Positions 1 to 12,159 of a stretch of DNA of 64,000 nucleotides are shown here, piece by piece. The translations under genes and the position numbers were made by a program. Under the pieces are notes generated by a model. It worked only from the letters and a program-made list of their open reading frames with translations, was not told where the DNA came from and ran no database searches. This stretch comes from Chiloscyllium plagiosum (taxonomy: Eukaryota), in NCBI RefSeq assembly GCF_004010195.1, contig NC_057719.1:39670252-39734251 (forward strand), in the 5' to 3' direction. Within the stretch, counting starts at the first letter, position 1. The number at the start of each line of letters is the position of its first letter.

Positions 1-590
1 AAATTCCCTATCATTGATATCCTCAGGTTACATTTACAAGAAACTTAGTTGAACCAGCTATATAAATACTTAAGCTCCAAGATCAGAACAGATGTTAGAT
101 GTTTTGCAGTGAGTCATTAAGCTCCAGACTCCCAAATGCATATTCACATTTGTGAGGTGCCTTGGAAGAGTGATAGAATACTCTTCACTTAGGCAAAAGT
201 GAGGACTGCAGATGCTGGAAACCGGAGTTTAGATCAGTGTGGTGCTGGAAAAGCACAGCAGGTCAGGCAGCATCCAAGGAGCAGGAAAATCGACGTTTTG
301 GAAGGACGTTTGCCCGAAATGTCAATTTTCCTGCTTCTCTGATGTTGCCTGACCTGCTGTGCTTTTCCAGCACCATTCTGATCTATACTCTTCACTTGCC
401 TAATGAGGGTAGCTCAAACAATATTCAAGAATCTAAATGCCATTCAAGACAAAGCCCTTGATTGGCACCCCCATCCACCACCTTAAGCATTCCTTCCCTC
501 CATCCCACCACCACAGCATTTTGGCAGCAGTATATCCTGTTTACAAAACACACTGCAACAACCCACAGCTGGTAGAACTAAAGGCTGCAG
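1..590 (+). mobile_element. Decayed L2/CR1-group LINE 3' part, interrupted by a PLE insertion at 191-384
   Basis: Similar to LINE fragments at 2190-2590 and 32505-32560 (CAAAGC...TTGATTGGCACC; CACTGCAxxAAC). Confidence 0.6.
191..384. mobile_element. Palindromic Penelope-like terminal remnant (family A), 13-bp TSD
   Basis: Inverted arms about 230-300 / 317-385 (GTGGTGCTGGAAAAGCACAGCAGGTCAGGCAGCATC and its reverse complement). TSD ATACTCTTCACTT at 178-190 and 385-397. Confidence 0.8.
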
Positions 591-1399
591 ACCTGTGGAT
601 AGCTATTTAACTTTAGTTACATTTGAAGCAGACTGTCCATCAGTTTAGAATTTATTGGTAAACTCTGAATTCAATCTGATATTGTGAATTTATGTGGTGT
701 TCAAAGAAGTTCTGTAGCGTAGAATTCTTTGGTTTAGTGTCAGAAAGTGCCTAGTCAGATGTATTACATGGCCAAGAGCAGAATAATGTACCCTGTGCTT
801 TGGAATCTAAACCACAAAGCCTCCTTGTATTTTCTTTTGAGTAGGAAAGTCATTTTCTTTTGCAATTTAGTGCCAAATTAAGGTAGTTTTGTTTTGAGAA
901 ACTGCTTAAGCTCAGTTTGCCTAAGAACCTTGCCAAACAGTGTGGGATTGTTTATCCATTCAGTTGTGAATGGGATTTGATCTTGTAGGTAAATAGTTTA
1001 GAAATTCAGGGGATGTATGACCTAGTTCCCAATGACAGATAATTTTTAAAGCATAATATTGTACTTAAACTTAGATGCCAGTGACTGCAGCATGAGTAAC
1101 ATTGCATATTAGTAACCCTATTTGCACATTTATTGAGAGTTGGAACTAATGAAAGGTTATCTGTGTATATTCTGAGCTGTGATTCTAGTAGCAGTGTTAA
1201 GGGGTTTATTGTGCTAACTTGCAATGAGCAACATATTAAGTCCACATGAAACAATTGTTTCTGCTACTGTATTCTTGACACAAGTTTCATTACATCCAAT
1301 AAATTAAAGTTGGATGCCTTGGCAGTCTAACTTTAACAGAATTAAAGCACTTGAACAACTAACAGAAGGGGAGCTAAGCACATTAGTGCAACAGACAAG

Positions 1400-2590
1400 G
1401 CTGAAGCAACAGCATTTATCCTCAACCAGAAGTAATGAGTGCATGATCCATCTTAACATTCTCCTGAGCTCCCCCATTGATCTAATCTCAATCATCAGCG
1501 AAATGGTGAATGAGGTTGTTGATGATATTTTCAAATGGTACTTGCAAACGAATGAACTGCTCACTGATGTTCAGTTTAAGTTCTGTAAAGAACACTGATA
1601 TCCTGACCTCTTCCCAGCTTTGGTCTAAATATGGACTAAAGAACTGAACTCCAGAGGTGAGGTGAAAATGACTGCCCTTGACATCAAGGCAGCATTTGAC
1701 CAAATATGGCATCAAAGAGCCCTTGCAAAACTGGAGTCATTGTGGAGAGTGGGGTGGGTAGAGGTGGGGAAATCCCTCCACTGGAAAGGACAAAGGAAGG
1801 AGACTAAGGAGGTCAGTCATCTTAGCCCAAGTTCTGAATCAGTGGTGCTGGAAGAGCACAGCAATTCAGGCAGCATCTGACGAGCAGCAAAATCGACGTC
1901 TCGGGCAAAAGCCCTTCATCAGGAATAAAGGCAGAGAGCCTGAAGCGTGGGGGAGAGATAAGCTAGAGGAGGGTGGGCGTGGGGAGAAAGTAGCATAGAG
2001 TAGGAAATGACCTGGGAGTTGCAGTGGGAGAGGGACTCCCTGAGATTCTTGTAGAGAGAAGAGGAAAACTTCTTCAAGGCAGGACCCAAGGACATCCCTG
2101 CAAAAATTCCTCATGTTAGTTTCCTAGGCTCAGTGACCCTCCTAAGGGTGCAATGCATGCACAATTTTCAATACTATTCATGACTCTTCAGATACTGAAG
2201 CAGTCTGTGTTCAAATGCAGAAAGAAGTGGACAATATCTGTGACACTTACTCTCTTCATTATTAACACAATTGCAGCAGTTGTGCATCCACAAGATGCAC
2301 TGCAGTAACTCGCTAAAGCTCCTCTGACAGCACCTTACAAATTCACAATCTCTACCAATTGAGGGACAAGGGCAGCAGCTGCAATGAAACACCTACACCA
2401 ACATGATCCCCTGCAAGCCACGTACCATTCTGACTTGGAACTGTTTTGTAATTCCTTCACTATCATTGGGTGAGAATTCTGGAACACCCTTCCTAACAGC
2501 ACTATCAGTGTACATACACCCCAAGGAATGAAGTGGTTCTAGAGGTTGTTCACCAACACTTTCTCCAGGGCAGTTAGGGATGAGCAATAA
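1400..2590 (+). mobile_element. Decayed L2/CR1-group LINE (RT fragment to 3' end), interrupted at 1832-2084
   Basis: ORF 1662 contains ALDIKAAFDQIWH (RT motif). A degenerate GVPQGSVLGP resumes after the insertion; 3' tail GGGCAGTTAGGGATGAGCAATAAA. Confidence 0.75.
1832..2084 (-). mobile_element. Penelope-like remnant (family A) with hammerhead-like motif
   Basis: Minus strand reads ATTC-CTGATGA-A-GGGC-TTTT-GCCC-GAGA-CGTC-GATT (about 1891-1926; GAAA mutated to GAGA). Short flanking direct repeat CCCAAG at 1826-1831 and 2085-2090. Confidence 0.75.
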
Positions 2591-2630
2591 ACATATTGTG
2601 AAACTTCAAAGAGTTAAGAGAAGACTTTTA

Positions 2631-3075
2631 AGGATTTGAGCTATAGGGAGAGGCTGAACTGGCTGGGGCTGTTTTCCCTGGAGCGTCTGAGGCTGAGAGG
2701 TGACGTTATAGAGGTTTATAAAATCATGTGGGTTATGGATAGGATAAATAGACAAAGTCTTTTCCCTGGGGTGGGGGAGTCCACAACTAGACAGCATAGG
2801 TTTAACGTGAGAGGGGAAAGATATAAAAGAGACCTAAGGGGCAACCTTTTCATGCAGAGGGTGGTACGTGTATGGAATGAGCTGCCAGAGGAAGTGGTGG
2901 AGGCGAGTACAAATTGCAACATTTAAAAGGCATTTGGATGGGTATATGAATAGGAAGAGTTTGGAGAGATATGGACCGGGTGCTGGCAGGTGGGACTCGA
3001 TTGGGTTGGAATATCTGGTTGGCATGGACGGGTTTGACCGAAGGGTCTGTTTCCATGCTGTACATCTCTATGACA
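2631..3075 (+). mobile_element. CR1 (HER1-like) LINE 3' end
   Basis: ORF SYRERLNWLGLFSLERLRLRGDVIEVYKIM...QRVVRVWNELPEEVVEA, the typical CR1 ORF2 C-terminus; 3' tail GGGTCTGTTTCCATGCTGTACATCTCTATGAC. Confidence 0.9.
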
Positions 3076-6000
3076 CCTTTATCCAGGGTAAATGCTGCCA
3101 GAATCATTATGCTGCAAATGTGGGCCTTTGGCCATCGAGTTCATGCCAGTACTCAGTCGAACAATCTAGGTCAGTTACATTTGCACTCTAACCCAGGAGA
3201 ACTTCAAATGCCCAACTAGTTTTAGTTTATTTTTGAAATCTTGTCTCCACTTCTAAATCCTTTCAACAAGTTTCAATCCATTCTCACACATTGTGTTTTA
3301 AAAAAAGCTCACCTCACATCCCCTTCCATTTCTCTTGTTGCTTTAAATCTGTGATTTGCTCCAGTCTTTGTACCATGAGCTGCTGGAGCAGCTTTACTTT
3401 GTTTGCCTTATCCTGCTAGACCTGTTGTTTTTGTGTAACACAGTGATTTCTAAAACAGTAGGTCTTAAGACATGGGTATTATTGACAATTCCTACTTACT
3501 CTTGGGATAGTGGACTTTGTTCAAGTGTTGTGGTGAAATTGCTCCCATGATATTGATGGATGGGAAGTTCCAGAATTTTGACACCATGGTAATGATATAA
3601 TGAGATTAGATGCTTAAGTTAGGATAGTGTGTGATTTTGAGGTTATGGTGTTCCCTTGTACCCACCTTCTAGGTATTGGAGTTTACCAATTTGAAAAGTG
3701 ATACTGAGGAAGCCTTGATAAGTTGCTGCAGTGTGCCCAGTGAATAATATACTATACATCTGGCATATGCCAATGATGGTGAAGAGAGTCTTTAAACTAT
3801 TGTATGGGGTAATAAAAAGAAGGACTGCTTTTTTTTGGCCAATGTTGTACTCTAGGAGCTGCAGCCATTCAGGCATTAACAATTATGGTTCACATTCTTT
3901 GCCTGTACCTTGTAGGCTTAGAGAGACTTCAGGGAGCCAGGAAGCAAATCACTCATCAGAGAATACCCAGCCTCTTGCTAGTGTTCAAGTTACTTCACTT
4001 GCATTCAATTAATGTTTTGAGTGTATTTAAACATAGTTGTGAAAAATATTGATCAAGGATAAATAAATAATTGCTTTATTGGTTTCAGGCATTTAAAATT
4101 GGAGTTTTATTGGACAGAATGGACACTGACCACTGTCTGAATTACTTCCTAATTAATGTAAGCTTTTTGTAATGTGTTATTAAGCAAAGACCAAGCAATA
4201 ATAAATGTGAATCTGTTTATGTTATAGCACTCTGAGAAGAAATATTTGTCAAATGAGCCTTAAATAGCAATTACTCTTGATAAGGTTTGTGTGACTTTCA
4301 GCTTAGTCTATGTACATTCAAGTTTCTTGAGGTGAAAAATAAATTATCAGTTCAATTGATGCACAGCTGTATTAAAGGTGGGACTGCTAGAAAAATGAGA
4401 GGTAACTTCAGGCGGTTTAATGTAGCACAGAAATAACTTTATAATGATCAAACTGGCATTCATTTTGAAACACTGAAGTTGAACGGGTATAAGGAATATC
4501 TCCTTTTGTATTACAAGTGTTATGGATCTAAAAATGTTTTCTAATTTATTACATTCCTGATATAAGAAAGTAGTATACACAACTAGCTAGCCTCTAGACA
4601 AATTCCTGTAATGTGCAAAACATACATTGTATAGTAGGCATGTGGAATATTGATCCCAACAAGATATTTTCTTTCATGCTGAAAGACTGCTGGAACTGTT
4701 CCCAGCAAGAAAATGCACTGAGGATTTAGAGTTTTAAAAATAGATAACATCACTTACAGTATAACCCATATATTGTAGTTATCAAGTACCCAGGTCAGTT
4801 AACCTTGCAACATTGACAAATCTTTACAAGCAGCAAATGTTTTGTTTTGAGTGCGTTTTGTGTACTAAATTATGCTAAGATCAGTTGCTATATATTTATT
4901 TGGCATTTATATCAATGCACTTGAGATTACCTTGGCACATTATTATTACAAAAAATGTTTTCAGAATATTCAATTGCAGTGTTATAAAAATGCTTGGTGG
5001 TATCACTTTGTATTTTTGTACAATCAACATAAAATCAGTTAGTTTTGTGTAGAGACGCTTATTTCTCAACTTGACATTAGCTTCCCTGTGTGTGTATATT
5101 ATGATTGAGTTTGTAATTTTAAGGAGTATTTGATAAGATGACCTCAGACTATTATTTAGTCTTGTATCTTTTTAATTTTGAACATGTGTTCAGGAAAGCA
5201 TCAAACTAGCTGTATAATACTTAGCTTCCAGCAAAAGACAAATATTGTACAGTATAGGCTGGTAATTCACCTAAAGCTGGTATTTCAGTATATGTAAACC
5301 AAATGGCCCATTGAATATCTATCAACAGTGCATACACAAATACTACTTTTATCATGCCAGCTTTGATATCAACCCTTCTTAATTGATGAATAACTCAAAA
5401 GACTCAATGAGGGGCAATATGTTGAATTTAGATGAACAATTTGTAAAACTAGAGAAGGGGCTATTTATATTTTATCAATTAGTTTCCTGTAATATATTTG
5501 TTATTTGGAACATTTTCATAGCTAATAGTTGAGAACTAAGTCTTGTCTGAAGATGTGCTTGAATATTGCTGCACTGCCTAAGGTTAAAAAAGCTGCTAAC
5601 ACAGATCAGCATCCTGCCTTCAATATAAGGCTTTAAGTTAAAGTTCTATCTTGGTGCAAAATTTGTTGAACCTTAAATCTCAGTAATTCCTCACGCTCCA
5701 TTTCATACTGCAGAGCATTATGGAATACTGATAAATCATATGCTTTTTGGAATCTTATTAGTTGAGAGAGGAGACATGATGGTTGGGAAAATATTTAATC
5801 GCAGGAACAATCAAAACTGTCATTTTACATCACAGTCTATCTACTAATGTGTTAATGAATGTTCTGTACACTTAATGCTGGAATAGAACTTATCAAGTTG
5901 ATTAAAATACGTCAGTCAGCTCTGATTTCCAATTAATCCAAAAATGAATAGAATGTTGTTTGGTGAACATGTTAATAAACTAATCATTATGGCAAAAGTG

Positions 6001-6224
6001 TCTGTGATGTATCTTTACAAAATATCATTTTTATATTTGTACAAAATGACTGCCTGTCTGAAAAATAAGACACTAACTTACACATTTTTCTTTTCTCATG
6101 TTGTTCACTGAATCTGCCTGGAATGATTTCAGTGGATAAATAAAATGCTTTTTTAAAGTCCCATCAATCTGAAAGATCCATTGTTTTTGTCTAAGTAGAG
6201 CAATTACTTTATATTATAAAATAG

Positions 6225-6425
6225 GACGTGCTAGGAAAATTCAAACTATCAGCATCTGTGGAGAGAATTAACATTTTGTGTCTGAAGAGTTCTGAAGAAC
6301 GGTCTTATCGGACTCAACCCAATACCTCTGTTTCTTTCTCCACACATGCTACCAGACCTGTTAAGTTTTTTTTCAGCGCTTTTTTTTGTTTAGATTTCCA
6401 GCATCCTCCATATTTTGGTTTTATT
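6225..6425. mobile_element. Old inverted Penelope-like remnant (family D)
   Basis: Arm CAGCATCTGTGGAGAGAA versus TTCTCCACACATGCT; degenerate CTGAAGA...GACTC hammerhead-like core at about 6291-6320. Confidence 0.5.
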
Positions 6426-6659
6426 CGAGTCCTTTTGATGTGTGGGAGTTTCCCAGAATGAGCATCTGCTTTTCCAGTTTGTACAGTGAGTGGTTGAGTT
6501 GTACAGATTACGAAGGCCATAAATTCATGTTCTTATCTGTCCTGAGTTATTTTATGTCAGAGGAAGAAAGATACCATTATTAGGTTTGTTTTATTTTGTT
6601 CTAGATTTGTGAATGAAAGCCAATAATTTCTTGTGATTGCTATCCATGACCTCTTACTG

Positions 6660-6725
6660 GAAGCATGGTTGGGTCAATGTTGGCACCAATATGAAGCATG
6701 GTTGGGTCAATGTTGGCACCAATAT
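6660..6725. repeat. Perfect 33-bp tandem duplication
   Basis: GAAGCATGGTTGGGTCAATGTTGGCACCAATAT at 6660-6692 and 6693-6725. Confidence 0.95.
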
Positions 6726-6737
6726 GACTGAGTTCAG

Positions 6738-6870
6738 TTGTAATAATTCTGCTCTTTATTCTTCCACCACTGCTTCTGCCTCCCAATCCTTGAATAATTC
6801 TTGAATAATTGTAATAATTCTGCTCTTTATTCTTCCACCACTGCTTCTGCCTCCCAATCCTTGAATAATT
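6738..6870. repeat. 62-bp near-tandem duplication with an 11-bp mini-duplication at the junction
   Basis: TTGTAATAATTCTGCTC...CCTTGAATAATT at 6738-6799 and 6809-6870; CTTGAATAATT repeated at 6789-6799 and 6800-6810. Confidence 0.95.
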
Positions 6871-8120
6871 GAAAAGCCAGCTAAAATGAAATTTATTTTT
6901 AAGACTGTCTTGAGTAAAGCTTTGGAGGTGCCTGGGATCTTGGGAGCTATACCCCAGCAAGGGAGAACAGCACCTTAATTAGAAACAACCCTAAATAGGT
7001 CAAGGATATGTGAGAACTTCTGTAATTATGTTTAGCTGCATTATTCAGTGTATCTGCTCGTGACTTACACTTTTTAAAAAAAATTAGAATTGCCAGATTG
7101 GTACTTTAAAACGTTTTCCCATATTTTCTGATGAATATTGATGCATAAATTATACAGCTTGATATTTTAGCTCTTTATATTTTAAAAAAAGTAGTTCTTT
7201 TATGTATTTCTGTTATCACCCTAACCTCTGACCAAGGATGGGAATGAATTTTCAGATTCTTTTGGATTGGGTTCCACAAAGTTCTTTTTCTTTCTTCATC
7301 CATGTAATGCTAATGTTGTTGGTTGACCCGAATTGTTTGCTCATTCCTAATTGTCCTTGACCTTAATGCCTTGCTGGACCATTTCAGAGGGGAGTTCAGA
7401 ATCAACCTCTGAGGCCACTTGTGTTACATGAGCTAAGTCACATTCAGAAAATGAATTCATAATGTAGGATAGACTCACTATTTGTTGCTAGCTGCCTGTG
7501 TGTACAGTGCTCTATGCTTGGCTGCCTAATTCTTTGATCTTATGTCTCAAATCATCAATGAGATATTAATGAAAGGGCAGGACATCAGCTTCAAGTGAAA
7601 ACACTATAGTGAAACTAAAGTGTTGTCTTTTTGCAGATGTCTTGGTTGCTTTGTTTTGACATGCTTCTGCTCCAGAGACTACTCTCATATACCTACTTTC
7701 AGCCCCTACTTGATTTACTGATATTTCTGGAAATAGTTATCAGTAATCCCAGTGCCAGAATACTTATGAATCACTTGTGAATCATTTGCATATTCACAAT
7801 TAAGTCTTTGAAACCATTTTGAAATCCATTGATTTTAAATATATTTGTGATTTTTTTTTAACGTGTTGTGCAACACCTTTATTGTGCCTTTGATATTTTT
7901 AAAAAAACCTACCAACTGAGTCACATACCTATCTCTTTTGCTCTCCCTAAGCCCTTGGACCTGTTAGATACTAATTTTACTCACTTCTGTAGCTCCAGCA
8001 TTGTTGTTTTTTGTGCTCAGGTAAGGGTACAAGAAATACATCAAAACTTGGTGGAGGAAATACAGTACCTCTGACAAAGCAACGTTCTGTGTGTACTGAT
8101 CTGGAATGTCAGTTGCCTTA

Positions 8121-9944
8121 AGTTTATTGGCTCAAGTTGTGGCATATTTCTTGAGTACGCAGCACAAATTTTAGTTGTAACCATTCTCTCTCCTCACCAT
8201 CAGAAGGTCAGATCTAAGTCCATTCCAGAGACCTGAGCATATAATATGGGCTGATATTTACAAAAGCACTGAAGGAGTGATGCATTGTTTGAGCTGACCA
8301 TTTTTGAATGAGACATTAAGCCAAGTTCCTTCTGTCTGCCTGAGATGGATTCAAGAATTTAGGGAATGAATGCATCAGTATTGGTTGACAAAATATTTGA
8401 ATCCACTGCTACATAGAAAGTTTTGAAAAACATGAGCTAGAATATTTTCGTACAATATTGTGAAGCCAAAGAATATTAGTGAACCATACTGGGTTTTAAT
8501 GGCAATGAATACAATATTTTGTTATACAATGTTTTGTATGTTAATTCTTTGGTAAATCTGTCTCCAAATTATTTTTGAGATGTGTTGTTTGATATTTCGT
8601 TACACAGTTAATTAAACATTTCCACTTTTGGATAATTTAATAAATATATATTTGCAAATATTTACTTTCTGCAACTTCTAACCCAACTAAAACCAATTTA
8701 CCCTATTACAAATATGTTTCATTTTTCTGCTTATACAGTGAGGTTTCCTAACAATCCTTTCTTCGTGTCCAATTCATTCTGGGTGTCACTGGTGCAGGAG
8801 AGTAGCATTGTTTCAGCTGTTGTCCACCCCATCTTTTTGTTTTTCTTCCCAAAGTGAATCACCTCGCACTTAGCTACATTGTATTCCATCTGCCACCTTT
8901 CTGCCCAGCTCTGCAGCTTCTCTATATCCTGCTGTAACCTGCCACATCCTTCCTCACTGTCAACAACTCCTCCGACTTTCGTATCATCCGCAAACTTGCT
9001 CACCCAACCTTCTAACCCCTCTTCCATGTCATTTATAAAAATGACAAACAGCAATGGTCCCAAAACAGATCCTTGCGGAACACCGCTAGTGACGGCCTCC
9101 ATGAAGAAACTTTGCCATCAACTACTACCCTCTGTCTTCTTCCATCCAGCCAATTCCTAATCCAAACCTCCAACTCACCCTCAATGCCATATCTCCGTAT
9201 TTTCTGCAGTAGCCTACCATGGGGAGGTAGGCTACTGCAGTTTATTGGCTCAAGTTGTGGCACATTTCTTGAGTACGCAGCACAAATTTTAGTTGTAACC
9301 ATTCTCTCTCCTCACCATCAGAAGGTCAGATCTAAGTCCATTGCAGAGACCTGAGCATATAATATGGGCTGATATTTACAAAAGCACTGAAGGAGTGATG
9401 CATTGTTTGAGCTGACCATTTTTGAATGAGACATTAAGCCAAGTTCCTTCTGTCTGCCTGAGATGGATTCAAGAATTTAGGGAATGAATGCATCAGTATT
9501 GGTTGACAAAATATTTGAATCCACTGCTACATAGAAAGTTTTGAAAAACATGAGCTAGAATATTTTCGTACAATATTGTGAAGCCAAAGAATATTAGTGA
9601 ACCATACTGGGTTTTAATGGCAATGAATACAATATTTTGTTATACAATGTTTTGTATGTTAATTCTTTGGTAAATCTGTCTCCAAATTATTTTTGAGATG
9701 TGTTGTTTGATATTTCGTTACACAGTTAATTAAACATTTCCACTTTTGGATAATTTAATAAATATATATTTGCAAATATTTACTTTCTGCAACTTCTAAC
9801 CCAACTAAAACCAATTTACCCTATTACAAATATGTTTCATTTTTCTGCTTATACAGTGAGGTTTCCTAACAATCCTTTCTTCGTGTCCAATTCATTCTGG
9901 GTGTCACTGGTGCAGGAGAGTAGCATTGTTTCAGCTGTTGTCCA
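8121..9944. repeat. 706-bp direct duplication (8121-8826 and 9239-9944) separated by a 412-bp insert
   Basis: Copies are colinear at offset 1118. Only two substitutions were noticed by eye (GGCATATT/GGCACATT; CATTCCAG/CATTGCAG). Confidence 0.95.
8827..9225 (-). mobile_element. Internal CR1 reverse-transcriptase fragment (CpG-retaining, one frameshift)
   Basis: PHGRLLQKIRRYGIEGELEVWIRNWLDGRRQRVVVDG / VTSGVPQGSVLGPLLFVIFIND...SKFADDTK...WQMEYNVAKCEVIHFG. No 3' UTR or tail. Confidence 0.92.
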
Positions 9945-9975
9945 TTTACTTTCATCCTGAAGCTGCCTGAGCTTT

Positions 9976-10061
9976 GGTCTTTGGAGGGTCGGTGTGGACT
10001 TGTTGGGCTGAAGGGCCTGTTTCCACACTGTAAGTAATCTAATCTAATCTAAATCTAATCT
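9976..10061 (+). mobile_element. 3' end of HE1-like SINE with (ATCTA)n tail
   Basis: GGGTCGGTGTGGACTTGTTGGGCTGAAGGGCCTGTTTCCACACTGTAAGTAATCTAATCTAATCT. Confidence 0.8.
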
Positions 10062-10729
10062 ACTCTGCTAAACTGATGTCTATTCTTTATCCAACAATTT
10101 CGTCTAGTGAGCTGTTTTCATCACAAACCATTAATTTTCTGAACCCAAAAGAAACTGTCATTTGGTCATGGGTCAAATCTATCCAGTGCCTTAACCAAAT
10201 TGCTCTATCCGTTCTCTATCCAAAAAAAAAGTCAGTGGTTTCTTTGTCTGTGTATCCACTGTGCCTCAAATGTTTTGGTATGGAAAATATTGTGCTGTAA
10301 ATATTGACAACCTCCCTGGGAAATATGGCCCTCCTAATCTAATACTGGAAATAAATAGACAGCAGAAATAATGTGCTCCTATGTTACTGAAAGGGAAAAT
10401 GGTAGAGACCATAACATTCTCTGAGACTGCACTGTGTTGGTGTGTAGAACACAGGAAACAGACATTACCTCAGTTTAGAAAACCTTTGACTGATCTTGGT
10501 AACTTGTTGTAAAACTGTATCAGTGTTGGGATAACAATTTTAACCAATGTTACACTCTGCCTTTCATATTGTAAATCAGCTCACTACCCCTTTCTGAAGG
10601 GTCAGTAAATTCTGGCCAAGCCAGTGAGGCTCGTGTTCTATGAATGATTTTATTTTAAGAAAGTATTAATCATTTGACTTAGACTATTTTGGAAGAATTC
10701 TGAAAACTAAGCATTCACATTTTTATTTT

Positions 10730-11070
10730 ATAGACTCAGAGTTAAACAGCACAGAAACAGACCTTTAGGTCCCACTCATCAACGCCTACCAGCTATTCGA
10801 AAGTGCCATTTGCCAGTATTTGGCCCATATCCCTCTAAACCCTTTCCTATTCACAAAACCATGCAGATGCCTCTTAAACATTGTCCACCACTTCCTCTGG
10901 CACCACCTTCTGTGTGAGAAAGTTGTTCTTCAGGTTCTTTTTTAAATCTATTCCCTCTCAACCTTAAACCTATGTGCTGTAGTTTTGGACTGCCCTACCC
11001 TGGGAAAAAGACCTTGCCTATTCTCTCTATTTATGCCCCTCATGATTTTATAAACTCCTATAAGGCCATT
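10730..11070 (-). mobile_element. CR1 LINE 3' end
   Basis: Reverse complement of the family at 2631-3075 (GCACAGAAACAGACC...CCCTCATGATTTTATAAAC). Confidence 0.8.
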
Positions 11071-11552
11071 CTATAATTTCTGTAACCTCAATTTTCTGAG
11101 AGTCATCTCTGGGAGAGGTTGGCTAATTGCTAGTTCCATTGATACATTGGTGCCACTGAATAGAACATGCAGTGGCTGCATCAGTCTGTACAACTACCAA
11201 AAGACTCACCCTGACAGTGAAAGAGAGTCATCCTTGTCTGCAAGGGACCGCCGATGGTGATGGTGGTGCTAACACCATTTTGTTTCAGATAACCATTATT
11301 CATGTATGAGTCGTGCCATCTGGTATTGGAAGGTAATTAACTATGCAAATGAGAGGATTGTAGAATTAGGCATATGAATCCAATTCTCATTAATTTAAAA
11401 TTGAATGGCGACCTTTCTTCCGTGTGTTTACTCACTGTCCTATTTTTAAGAATCTATTCCAACATTGATAGATTTGTTAAAACATTAGAGCATTGGTCCT
11501 ATTCTTCTTTTAAGATTCATTTGTGCAAGTTGTCTGGAACAGGTTTTTTTTT

Positions 11553-11849
11553 GATTAGATTACTTACAGTGTGGAAACAGGCCCTTTGGCCCAACAAGTC
11601 CACACTGACCCGCCAAAGTGCAACCCACCCAGACCAATCCCCCTACATTTACCCCATCACCTAACACTACGGGCAATTTAGCATGGCCAGTTCACCTAAC
11701 CTGCACATTTTTGGACTGTGGGAGGAAACTGGAACACCTGGAGGAAACCCATGCAGACACGGGGAGAATGTGCAAACTCCACACAGTCAGTCGCCTGAGG
11801 CAGGAATTGAATCCGGGTCTCTGGCACTGTGAGGCAGCAGTGCTAACCA
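11553..11849 (-). mobile_element. HE1-like tRNA-derived (V-type) SINE
   Basis: Minus strand: GGTTAGCACTGCTGCCTCACAG...CCGGATTCAATTCC (A/B boxes), TGTGTGGAGTTTGCACATTCTCCCCGTGTCTGC core, CR1-like tail plus TAATC repeats. Confidence 0.88.
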
Positions 11850-12159
11850 TTTACTTCCAGAGTACTTAAGTATTATTACACACTATTTGAGGAGATTTTC
11901 CATTATTCTTCCTGAAATTCTGACATGGTAAACTGTCTGTCTCGTTTCTAAATAAAGATAATGTGACTTAGATAATTAACAATCTTGCCTTGTCTCTGGA
12001 TATCATGGTTAAATGGATCAATACTTTGCTTTTACTCTCTCTTTGCTTTTTCCAAATATTTTTGTCTTTTGATTTTTTTCTTTACCCCTCTTTCATACCA
12101 GAGGTCCTCACTTAAAGTTGTGGTTGTGTGTCTGAAAATAACAACTTTAAATGAATGAA

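Noticed and set aside
237..461. Recurrent peptide WCWKSTAGQAASxEQENR (also ORFs 15626 and 55527) suggesting a small gene family
   Set aside because: Translation of the non-coding PLE terminal repeat; frames are not conserved beyond the repeat.
6660..6870. Repeat-spacer-like pattern suggesting a CRISPR array
   Set aside because: Only two copies per unit, no unique spacers, no cas genes, eukaryotic context.
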